From Thermodesulfovibrionales bacterium (GTDB lineage: Bacteria; Nitrospirota; Thermodesulfovibrionia; Thermodesulfovibrionales; SM23-35), in assembly GCA_963715195.1 (NCBI GenBank), contig CAVQRT010000030.1, positions 260,557-324,556 on the forward strand: a stretch of DNA of 64,000 nt, in the 5' to 3' direction. Positions 20,861-28,157 of this stretch are shown piece by piece (the first letter of the stretch is position 1; the number at the start of each line of letters is the position of its first letter). Both the position numbers and the translations under genes were made by a program. The notes beneath the pieces were generated by a model, which was given only the letters and a program-made list of their open reading frames with translations, was not told the DNA's origin and made no database searches.

Positions 20861-20910
20861 CCAAAAATTCATCGTCGTTTCACACTCCTGTAATTAAAAA
20901 TACTTATTAT
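20856..20910 (+). promoter_or_regulatory. Pho-box promoter of the PHP and glycosyltransferase pair
   Basis: TTTAACCAAAA/ATTCATCGTCG/TTTCACACTCC/TGTAATTAAAA, 5 nt, TATTAT; ATG follows 7 nt later. Confidence 0.7.
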
Positions 20911-20917
20911 TCTATTA

Positions 20918-21610
20918 ATGTTATTGTGTGATTTTCATATTCACACAAAGTACTCTGATGGATCGGTAGAGTTACAGAGAACCGTTGATCTCTTCGGCCA
21001 GGCCGGCTTTGATGTCATTGCCATAACTGACCATGTAGTCAACGGCGACAGTTCATTCGGGAAATTGGCCCACCGTTTCAGGTTTACCATCAATGAGAAA
21101 AACTTCCATGCCTACATGGCACATATCAGAGAGGAGGCTGATCGGGCCTGGGACAAATACCGAATGCTCATTATACCGGGAGTCGAGATCAGCAAGAATT
21201 ACATCTCATCTGAAAAATCGGCACATATCCTGCTCATCGATATCAAGGAATTCATCCCCGCATGCTGGAGCTACGAGAAGATATTCCTTGAGGCAAAGGC
21301 ACAGGATGCCATCATTGTGGCCTGCCACCCGCATCACAGTTCCGAAATCACAACACGGGATACCCTGTTTCTCTGGAAGAACCGCGACAAATACGCCAAA
21401 TACATTGATGCGTGGGAAATCGCAAACAGGGATGACGTATTCAACGTTATCAGCCTGAAGAAATATCCCTATATCGCAAACAGTGATTTCCACAGGGCAA
21501 GGCATATCTATTCGTGGAAGACAATGCTGAACTGCGAAAAGAATGTTGACTCGGTCAAGAACTGCATTCGGCACAACAAAGGGGTTGCTATAACGTTGTT
21601 TAGGAACTAA
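20918..21610 (+). CDS. PHP-domain phosphoesterase
   Basis: DFHIHT.YSDG, AITDH, PGVE, CHP, NSDFH. Confidence 0.9.
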   Translation: MLLCDFHIHTKYSDGSVELQRTVDLFGQAGFDVIAITDHVVNGDSSFGKLAHRFRFTINEKNFHAYMAHIREEADRAWDKYRMLIIPGVEISKNYISSEKSAHILLIDIKEFIPACWSYEKIFLEAKAQDAIIVACHPHHSSEITTRDTLFLWKNRDKYAKYIDAWEIANRDDVFNVISLKKYPYIANSDFHRARHIYSWKTMLNCEKNVDSVKNCIRHNKGVAITLFRN

Positions 21611-21623
21611 AAAAGGAGAGACG

Positions 21624-22889
21624 ATGGAACTGGTATACATATTTTTTGGCATCACCGTAGTAGGACTCACCGCCTACGGGTTGCAGATTTGGGCAATACG
21701 GAAAACCCTGTGCGAGAACGAGGTGCCGGCGGGGAAAGGCGCTGCGCGCGGATTCTGCCCGCCCATTTCAGTCTTGAAACCGCTGAAGGGGCTCGATGAC
21801 AACCTGTTCGACAACCTTGAAAGCATATGCCTGCAGGATTATCCGGAATATGAAGTTATCTTTTCCCTGCAGGATTACAACGACCCAGCGTACAAAGTAG
21901 TCAGGAAGATTAGGGATAAATACCCGGACAAAAATATCACTATACTGGTTGAGCGCTGCGAAGTTGGTCTCAACCCAAAGGTCAACAATCTCATCCCGGC
22001 ATACCGGATAGCCAAATACGAACACGTCCTCATCAGTGACAGTAATGTATTCGTTAACCGAGACTATCTGCAATCTATCGTCAAGCTCATGTCTGACCCG
22101 GTTGTCGGTCTCGTCAGCAACATCATACGGGGAAGTGGCGGGCGTTCCCTCGGATCGATCTTCGAGAACCTCCATCTTAATTCCTTCGTACTGGGAAGCG
22201 TCTGCTTCCTGGACAGATTTCTTAAGATGCCCTGCGTTGTCGGAAAATCGATGCTTATGAAGAAAACCGACCTCGACGCGATAGGCGGGCTGAAAGCGTT
22301 CAAGGATGTGCTTGCAGAAGATTATATGATCGGGAAAAAGATGCAGCAACAGCGGAAGACCGTCATTCTGTCGAGTCACGTCATTCAGAACATCAATGAA
22401 TACTGGGGGGTCAGAAGATTTCTCAACAGGCATACGCGGTGGGGAAAACTCAGGTGGAGAATCGGCGGGGTATCTTACTTCTCCGAACTGATAGGGAATC
22501 CGGTGTTCATGTCTTTTTTCCCCCTCGTTCTCTGTGGGCCCTCAGGAATGACCATGTCGTTCGTTCTGATCGTGAGTACCCTTAAAATCCTTGGTGATAT
22601 GGTGATAGGGAGTGCATTAGCGAGTACAGATGCAGGGAGCAGTTCCTCAGGCAAAGAGAGCACGCCGTCTTCTTTTCTATCTGTGCATTCATTGTGGTAT
22701 GTCCTTGCTCCGGTCAAGGATCTACTCATTGGCCTCGTGTGGTTCGTTCCCCTTATCAGCAATACCGTAGTTTGGCGGGGAAACCGCTACATCATCGGCA
22801 AGGATTCCCTGTTGTCACCATGTCCTGAAGTTGGCCTCTGGTCTTGGAGATACAGACTTGCCGACGCTATCAAAACCCGACTTGCCTGA
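21624..22889 (+). CDS. Ceramide glucosyltransferase / HpnI-like glycosyltransferase (GT21-like)
   Basis: N-terminal TM, SVLKPLKG, GLNPKVNNL, ISDS, LAEDY, RHTRW. Confidence 0.88.
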   Translation: MELVYIFFGITVVGLTAYGLQIWAIRKTLCENEVPAGKGAARGFCPPISVLKPLKGLDDNLFDNLESICLQDYPEYEVIFSLQDYNDPAYKVVRKIRDKYPDKNITILVERCEVGLNPKVNNLIPAYRIAKYEHVLISDSNVFVNRDYLQSIVKLMSDPVVGLVSNIIRGSGGRSLGSIFENLHLNSFVLGSVCFLDRFLKMPCVVGKSMLMKKTDLDAIGGLKAFKDVLAEDYMIGKKMQQQRKTVILSSHVIQNINEYWGVRRFLNRHTRWGKLRWRIGGVSYFSELIGNPVFMSFFPLVLCGPSGMTMSFVLIVSTLKILGDMVIGSALASTDAGSSSSGKESTPSSFLSVHSLWYVLAPVKDLLIGLVWFVPLISNTVVWRGNRYIIGKDSLLSPCPEVGLWSWRYRLADAIKTRLA

Positions 22890-22944
22890 ATTAATCAAAT
22901 CGTAAAATTCATTTCATATTCTCGTAACGCACCCCTGATATTGT
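22890..22944 (+). promoter_or_regulatory. Pho-box promoter of the phoA remnant
   Basis: ATTAATCAAAT/CGTAAAATTCA/TTTCATATTCT/CGTAACGCACC, 5 nt, TATTGT. Confidence 0.7.
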
Positions 22945-23130
22945 AAAAACGATTACGTTTCAACTCACTTAAATCATTAGTGCAAATGATCAAGCTGTTT
23001 CAATAAAGAAAGGAAAGGGGGTGGGAAATAACACGACTGGATCGTATAAACACCCAGAAGCAAAAGAGCGTGAAAGTTCATCTGACCTTTGGTCAGCAGA
23101 GAAAAGACAGAAGAAGAAGGAGAGAAAAAA

Positions 23131-23427
23131 ATGAGAAAAAGTTTTCAACCGTTGATAACCGCAGTGAGTATTGTGCTGATAGTATCTTTCCTCATACCGG
23201 TCATTGCACTTGCTGATGAATCCTGCAATGCGATTGGCAGAGCCAAAAATATCATATTTATGGTGCCCGATGGAATGGGGCTTTCAAATGTGACAGCAGC
23301 CAGGATATTCAATGACGGGCCGAACGGAGCCCCTCTCTATCTTGAAACATTACCACAGATCGGATACCAGAGAACCCATTCTGCTGACAGCACCGTGACA
23401 GACTCAGCCGCAGCAGCGTTAAAATAA
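23131..23427 (+). pseudogene. phoA: Truncated alkaline phosphatase (PhoA family), N-terminal ~98 aa only
   Basis: Signal peptide, AKNIIFMVPDGMG, VTDSAAAA (catalytic Ser), then stop and terminator; no continuation seen downstream. Confidence 0.88.
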
Positions 23428-23448
23428 GCGCGCATGAGTCGACTCGAC

Positions 23449-23479
23449 AAGCATGAGGGGGTGACCCCTCATGCTTTTT
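23449..23479 (+). terminator. Intrinsic terminator
   Basis: AAGCATGAGGGG GTGA CCCCTCATGCTT followed by Ts. Confidence 0.85.
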
Positions 23480-23511
23480 CTCATCCGATTCCCGATATTC
23501 ATGGCGCAAAA

Positions 23512-23555
23512 TGTAACAGCTCTTTCATAATTACGTAACATTCATTTGTTAGCCT
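23512..23555 (+). promoter_or_regulatory. Pho-box promoter
   Basis: TGTAACAGCTC/TTTCATAATTA/CGTAACATTCA, 5 nt, TAGCCT (TG-extended). Confidence 0.7.
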
Positions 23556-23574
23556 TATCGAAAGGAGGTGCTCA

Positions 23575-23769
23575 ATGAATATGACAACGATCAAGCCGCA
23601 GGGCTTCGTCAGGCACTCTGAAACATTCTGTCCGTTTGACGGCAATACCACCTGTCTTGCTTCCCTGTCTTCCATGGCATTGGATAACAAGATAAGAGAA
23701 ATCTGCTGCAGTACTGAACAATTTGATGATTGTCCCATATTCCTCGCAAAGGTTTTGCGGCGAAGCTAA
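23575..23769 (+). CDS. Small 4-Cys protein (paralog 1)
   Basis: AAGGAGGTG RBS; CPF..C.A..C....F..C..F..K pattern. Confidence 0.75.
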   Translation: MNMTTIKPQGFVRHSETFCPFDGNTTCLASLSSMALDNKIREICCSTEQFDDCPIFLAKVLRRS

Positions 23770-23789
23770 CGCCGCAGAACATACCATCC

Positions 23790-23845
23790 GGTAACCGAAA
23801 TTTCACCGTCATGTAACATTTGTGTAACATATCGCGTGGTATGGT
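23790..23845 (+). promoter_or_regulatory. Pho-box promoter
   Basis: GGTAACCGAAA/TTTCACCGTCA/TGTAACATTTG/TGTAACATATC, 6 nt, TATGGT. Confidence 0.78.
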
Positions 23846-23865
23846 ATACACAGGGAGGTAATGGA

Positions 23866-24111
23866 ATGCTTTCTGATAAAGTCTTCACCACATGTCCGTA
23901 TTTGACCGGCAGCACAGAAGGTGCAGTGTGCAGTGCAAAGGCTGTTCTCCTGAGAAATCTCGAAAATATCAATCCCGATATGTGCATCAGCAGACACTTT
24001 GAGATATGCAGGGTTTACATCGAAAAATTGCATGAAATCGATTTCCTGAATACCGGAATACATGGGAATCTCGCGGCACGCTGTAACAAAAATTTAACCG
24101 TAACTTCATGA
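23866..24111 (+). CDS. Small 4-Cys protein (paralog 2)
   Basis: GGAGGT RBS; CPY..C.A..C....F..C..Y..K pattern. Confidence 0.75.
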   Translation: MLSDKVFTTCPYLTGSTEGAVCSAKAVLLRNLENINPDMCISRHFEICRVYIEKLHEIDFLNTGIHGNLAARCNKNLTVTS

Positions 24112-24136
24112 AGGTGTAACACGGCTTCTCTATGAT
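24082..24136 (+). promoter_or_regulatory. Pho-box promoter (probably leaderless transcript)
   Basis: TGTAACAAAAA/TTTAACCGTAA/CTTCATGAAGG/TGTAACACGGC, 5 nt, TATGAT; ATG 6 nt later. Confidence 0.78.
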
Positions 24137-24142
24137 GTCACT

Positions 24143-24466
24143 ATGGGGTCGCATAATGGTCCGCAGACCAAGGAGGTTAAATGCCCTTTTTGCAGTTCAG
24201 GTGCAGTCTACAAATATGGAAAGATCAAAAGCGGGAAACAGCGGTTTTACTGCATCATATGCGGGCGACAGTTTACCCATAATACGCGAAGAATTCTGTG
24301 TGACTTCAGACCGACATGCAGGAAGTGCGGAACCATGATGCACGTATATAAAAGAGAAAAGGATTTTACTCGATTCCGGTGTGCTCATTATCCGCAGTGT
24401 AAGGCCTATGTCAAAATCAAAATTCTAACGAAAAAGGAGAAAATGAATGAGCTATTATCTCCATGA
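24143..24466 (+). CDS. Double zinc-ribbon protein (IS1 InsA-like ribbon plus topoisomerase C4-like ribbon)
   Basis: CPFC..VYKYGK..SGKQRFYCIICGRQF; CRKCG.MM...FRCAHYPQC. Confidence 0.75.
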   Translation: MGSHNGPQTKEVKCPFCSSGAVYKYGKIKSGKQRFYCIICGRQFTHNTRRILCDFRPTCRKCGTMMHVYKREKDFTRFRCAHYPQCKAYVKIKILTKKEKMNELLSP

Positions 24467-24818
24467 TGTTCCTGGCCGTTTACGCATTAAGACGCCGTTC
24501 ATTAAGGGCAATACTGCTCTCGCAAAACATGTGGAACGGTTCCTCGAACAGATTCACGGCATTAAGTCAATAACGACAAATCCGCTTACCGGTAGCATCA
24601 TCATGACGTATGACGAGCGAAAAGTGACTTCAAAGATGCTGCTCGAAACTCTCAGGACCAGGGGTATTTTTAACCCCGCGAAGGCAGTTACCAATGACCA
24701 GTACATACATTCCAACGCATCCAGGGCAAGCCATATAATCTATAAGGCAGTCGTTGGGGCCTTTGTGGAAAAGGCTTTCGAAGGATCAGCGTTGTCCCTG
24801 CTCGCCGTGCTGCTTTAG
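24447..24818 (+). CDS. HMA2-like domain protein
   Basis: YLHDVPGRLRIK...GIKSITTNPLTGSIIMTYD; AAGGAG RBS; overlaps the previous ORF. Confidence 0.8.
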   Translation: MSYYLHDVPGRLRIKTPFIKGNTALAKHVERFLEQIHGIKSITTNPLTGSIIMTYDERKVTSKMLLETLRTRGIFNPAKAVTNDQYIHSNASRASHIIYKAVVGAFVEKAFEGSALSLLAVLL

Positions 24819-24899
24819 CCGTTCCAGCCTTTTTCTCCTCTGAATGTATCAAGTATACTATTCGCAGTAAGTCATTTGATGTGATACAAGGTTACAGAT

Positions 24900-25460
24900 T
24901 TGACAGATACATCGCTGTTGCCCTCTTCCTTTACTATGGTTTTTCGGAAAGTGGATGCCAATACGCAGCAACTCAGCACTTCTCAAATTATTCAGTTGCC
25001 GCGGGAAGACGTTTTTGAGTTTTTCAAAGATCCCCGGAATCTCTCTGAAATAACGCCGGCCTGGCTTCAATTCAGAATGCTCGATCATGCCGCGGGAGAG
25101 AGGGTATTCGAAGGAGCTGAATACGATTACAGCATCAAATGGCTACCGTGGTTGGGGAGAACCAAGTGGAGAAGCCGGATCGTCCGCTACCTGCCTCCGG
25201 AAAGATTCACCGATATTCAGGTCATAGGGCCGTACACCTCATGGGAACATCTCCACACATTCGAGGAAGTTTCAGAAGGCACCAGCATGAAGGATATCGT
25301 TACATACCGGCTTCCCTTCGGGCTCATCGGAAAATTTGCGCACCATATCCTGATTAGGGATCAGCTTGAGGACATATTTTCCTACAGGGCCATGAGAATC
25401 AATGAGTGGGCGTCGGGGACATTTGACCTGGAAAGAAAAGCAAAGGTCAAAACCGGATAG
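24900..25460 (+). CDS. SRPBCC-family protein (start uncertain)
   Basis: VFEFFKDPRNLSEITP, FTDIQVIGPY..WEHLHTF, IFSYR. Confidence 0.85.
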   Translation: MTDTSLLPSSFTMVFRKVDANTQQLSTSQIIQLPREDVFEFFKDPRNLSEITPAWLQFRMLDHAAGERVFEGAEYDYSIKWLPWLGRTKWRSRIVRYLPPERFTDIQVIGPYTSWEHLHTFEEVSEGTSMKDIVTYRLPFGLIGKFAHHILIRDQLEDIFSYRAMRINEWASGTFDLERKAKVKTG

Positions 25461-25554
25461 GCTTAATATATAAATATATTACTTTACATATTATGGTTAA
25501 TCATTTAGACTATTAATTAGCTGTCGATACATATAATCCTGTCACCGTCAGTCT

Positions 25555-25631
25555 GTCATTCCTGCTTGGCCGGAATCTATCTGACAGCTTCTGTGAAGGA
25601 TTCCCGACGCGTTTCACTTGTTGGGATGACA
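25555..25631. repeat. REP-like composite palindrome
   Basis: GTCATTCCTGCTTGGCCGGAATC...GATTCCCGACGC...TTGGGATGAC. Confidence 0.6.
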
Positions 25632-25778
25632 GTATCTTGAGCTTTCTTGGTTACTTTATTTGGATGCTTTTTGAATTATTGCGTGCTTGTTTCATGCCTT
25701 AAGGGTATTTTTTTCAGCAAGAGAATATTCAGCAATCCGGACATGAAGTTAGGTGCTCCGATGAAAGGAGGTTTAGCA

Positions 25779-25841
25779 ATGACAATCAGAAAGGTCCCGA
25801 AGAGAGCATCACTGACATGCAAATGCAAGAGTTCCTGTTAA
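25779..25841 (+). CDS. Candidate 20-aa Cys-rich peptide [20 protein letters not shown]
   Basis: AAAGGAGGT RBS at normal spacing; followed by a long hairpin. Confidence 0.55.
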   Translation: MTIRKVPKRASLTCKCKSSC

Positions 25842-25932
25842 TATCAATGAGGGCTTAATTGCGGAGACGGTTTTTAGTGCATTTCACTGTCGTTTTGCCC
25901 TCACAACAATACCGATAAGGAGGATCTGTACG

Positions 25933-26124
25933 ATGACAAAATATGTCTGCACAGCTTGCGGTTATGTTTATGATCCGGCTCAGGGAGACCCTGATTCAGG
26001 GATTAAACCCGGCACACCTTTTGAGCAATTGCCGGATGACTGGGTTTGTCCTGTCTGTGGTGCTGCGAAATCCATGTTTGTCGAGGAGGGCGCCGGGTAC
26101 AAAGAGCACGGACTTAAGAAATAA
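25933..26124 (+). CDS. Rubredoxin
   Basis: [13 protein letters not shown]...[11 protein letters not shown]. Confidence 0.97.
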   Translation: MTKYVCTACGYVYDPAQGDPDSGIKPGTPFEQLPDDWVCPVCGAAKSMFVEEGAGYKEHGLKK

Positions 26125-26171
26125 GAAAACAGAGAGAATTCATATCTCGGGAAAGCGCATTCACTTTTGCG

Positions 26172-26924
26172 ATGGAAAATCTATTTGATGAGTATCGAAA
26201 TTTTCTTAAGGATACGATACGTCAGCGTATCGATTTCCGTCTCACTGATCAGAACAAGGGGATAGCTCCGCCACCCATTCAAATACCTTACTCTGCGGAT
26301 AGCTTTCGTATAGATCTTGTTGCAAAAGAGAACTGGCATAATGTTGCCAGCCCTGATCTCATATCCGTCATACAAAACAGGAGAAGCCACAGGCATTTCA
26401 AGGCTGCCCCCATCAGCTTGGAAGACCTGTCCTTCCTTCTGTGGGCTACCCAGGGCATAACGACGACCAGAGACAAAACTGCTGCATTTCGAACGGTACC
26501 TTCTGCCGGTTGCCGCCATGCCCTCGAGACATATCTGTGCATTTTGAACATTGCAGGATTGGAAACAGGTATCTATCGTTACCTGCCGGTCGAACATGAG
26601 CTACTTTTGGTATCAAAAAACAAAAATCTTGCAGACGACATCGTGACTGCAACTTTTTACCAGTCGTTCATCGGGAAAGCCCCGGTGACCTTTATCTGGA
26701 CAGCTGTCCCGTATCGCATGGAATGGCGGTACCATCTCGCAGCACACAAGGTCATCGCGATCGATGCCGGGCATGTCTGCCAGAACCTCTACTTGGCGAG
26801 TGCAGCAATCGGGGCAGGTACATGTGCAGTTGCTGCATATCACCAGGAGATACTGGACCAGCTTCTGGGGGTTGATGGAAAGGATGAGTTCGCGATTTAC
26901 CTTGCTGCAGTGGGCAAAATATGA
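26172..26924 (+). CDS. SagB/ThcOx-family nitroreductase-fold dehydrogenase
   Basis: RRSHR, LLWATQG, RTVPSAGCRH, DAGHVCQNLYL. Confidence 0.9.
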   Translation: MENLFDEYRNFLKDTIRQRIDFRLTDQNKGIAPPPIQIPYSADSFRIDLVAKENWHNVASPDLISVIQNRRSHRHFKAAPISLEDLSFLLWATQGITTTRDKTAAFRTVPSAGCRHALETYLCILNIAGLETGIYRYLPVEHELLLVSKNKNLADDIVTATFYQSFIGKAPVTFIWTAVPYRMEWRYHLAAHKVIAIDAGHVCQNLYLASAAIGAGTCAVAAYHQEILDQLLGVDGKDEFAIYLAAVGKI

Positions 26925-27011
26925 TTTTGCTTTATTGGTGATCGTTTAGCCTTACGCCATCATGTCCAAAATATAAACTATGCCACTATAAAAACAAAAT
27001 ATTTCTTCAGC

Positions 27012-27908
27012 TTATTCGAATCGTATGCGTATCTCGTCATGCAAATCGACTTTTATTCCGGGAATATCCTGCATCAGCAGCTTGGATTCCTCCATAGATT
27101 TCGGCAAAGCCGGGCTCAACTTTGTAAACAGTTCCGGCATCTCCATCACTTTTCCAAAGTCTAATTCTGCTAACGTGATCTTTGAGCCTTCTCTGTGAGA
27201 GGCATTCGTTTCAACAATGTTGCCATCAACTGCTACCGTTAACGTTATTTTCATTCCTTGAAACAGTTGCTTTACCTGAGCTGTCATTTCTTCCGATGGC
27301 TTGTCATTATTTTGAGACGGTTGTGTATTTTCAGAACTCTCTGATTTTGAATTCATGCTGCTTCTTGGAGATTTGATAATAAGTTCTGCCGGGTTCCCTT
27401 TGTGAAAGGTGAAGATGACATATTCTTTTTCGTTTCTGTCAGTATCAGAGCCGCCTTGCTGAGGAACAGACGGCACTTTTTCTCCTGGGTTTTGATTGAT
27501 TTTGACTTTATTGATATCCTCAAACGCATACATGGCCTTATATCCTTCGTAGTCATCAGTGATTATCTTTGATCCTCCGATGAAGGTAACCCCTTCTCCT
27601 TTATGTCTGGCGCTCTCCCTGAGCTTTGCCTCATCAAAGATATCAAATGCCTCTGCTTTCATTTCGGAATCAGCGTTCTTTTGTATTTTGCCGCTATTTT
27701 CCCCTTCTGTCATCATCTCAGCCATGCTCTTAGCCATCTCCTCCATCATTTTCTTCATCTGCTGGAGCAGGTCTTTTCTCATCAGGAATGTTTCTTCAAT
27801 TGTTCCGCTTCCATCCGTCTTCACGTTCACAACAGTGTCAACCTGAATACATGCGGTGAGAGTGAGGGAAACAACACACATCAGAAAGACTCGCGCAAAT
27901 TTTTTCAT
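27012..27908 (-). CDS. Hypothetical lipoprotein
   Basis: Lipobox LTAC followed by VKTDGSG. Confidence 0.75.
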   Translation of the reverse strand: MKKFARVFLMCVVSLTLTACIQVDTVVNVKTDGSGTIEETFLMRKDLLQQMKKMMEEMAKSMAEMMTEGENSGKIQKNADSEMKAEAFDIFDEAKLRESARHKGEGVTFIGGSKIITDDYEGYKAMYAFEDINKVKINQNPGEKVPSVPQQGGSDTDRNEKEYVIFTFHKGNPAELIIKSPRSSMNSKSESSENTQPSQNNDKPSEEMTAQVKQLFQGMKITLTVAVDGNIVETNASHREGSKITLAELDFGKVMEMPELFTKLSPALPKSMEESKLLMQDIPGIKVDLHDEIRIRFE

Positions 27909-28070
27909 ACTCTGCTCTCCTTCTTAATGGCCAATGGGCTTAACCACAATTATAGCCTACTTTCTTTTTCTCAAAGGCATCCTACTGATTATCAGTATAA
28001 TGAGAAAAGATGACAATATTCGTCATGGAACAATGAATCCAGGCGGCCGTTTTATTTTTTCGGCTATAAA

Positions 28071-28112
28071 AATCAATATGTTACAGCTTGCATCCACGGC
28101 ATAAGTTTTGCT
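28071..28112 (+). promoter_or_regulatory. Sigma-54 promoter with upstream IHF-like site
   Basis: CGGCATAAGTTTTGCT (GG-N10-GC at 28098/28110); AATCAATATGTTA at 28071-28083; TGAC-N7-GTCA palindrome at 28011-28025. Confidence 0.6.
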
Positions 28113-28157
28113 TACCTATATGCCATATGGGTAATATAGCAATACCGTTTCATTCCT

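Noticed and set aside
24143..24466. Active IS1 element
   Set aside because: No DDE/InsB ORF, terminal inverted repeats or target duplication seen
25730..25905. Known riboswitch upstream of rubredoxin
   Set aside because: I could not match the conserved cores of SAM, cobalamin, TPP, FMN, fluoride or c-di-GMP riboswitches
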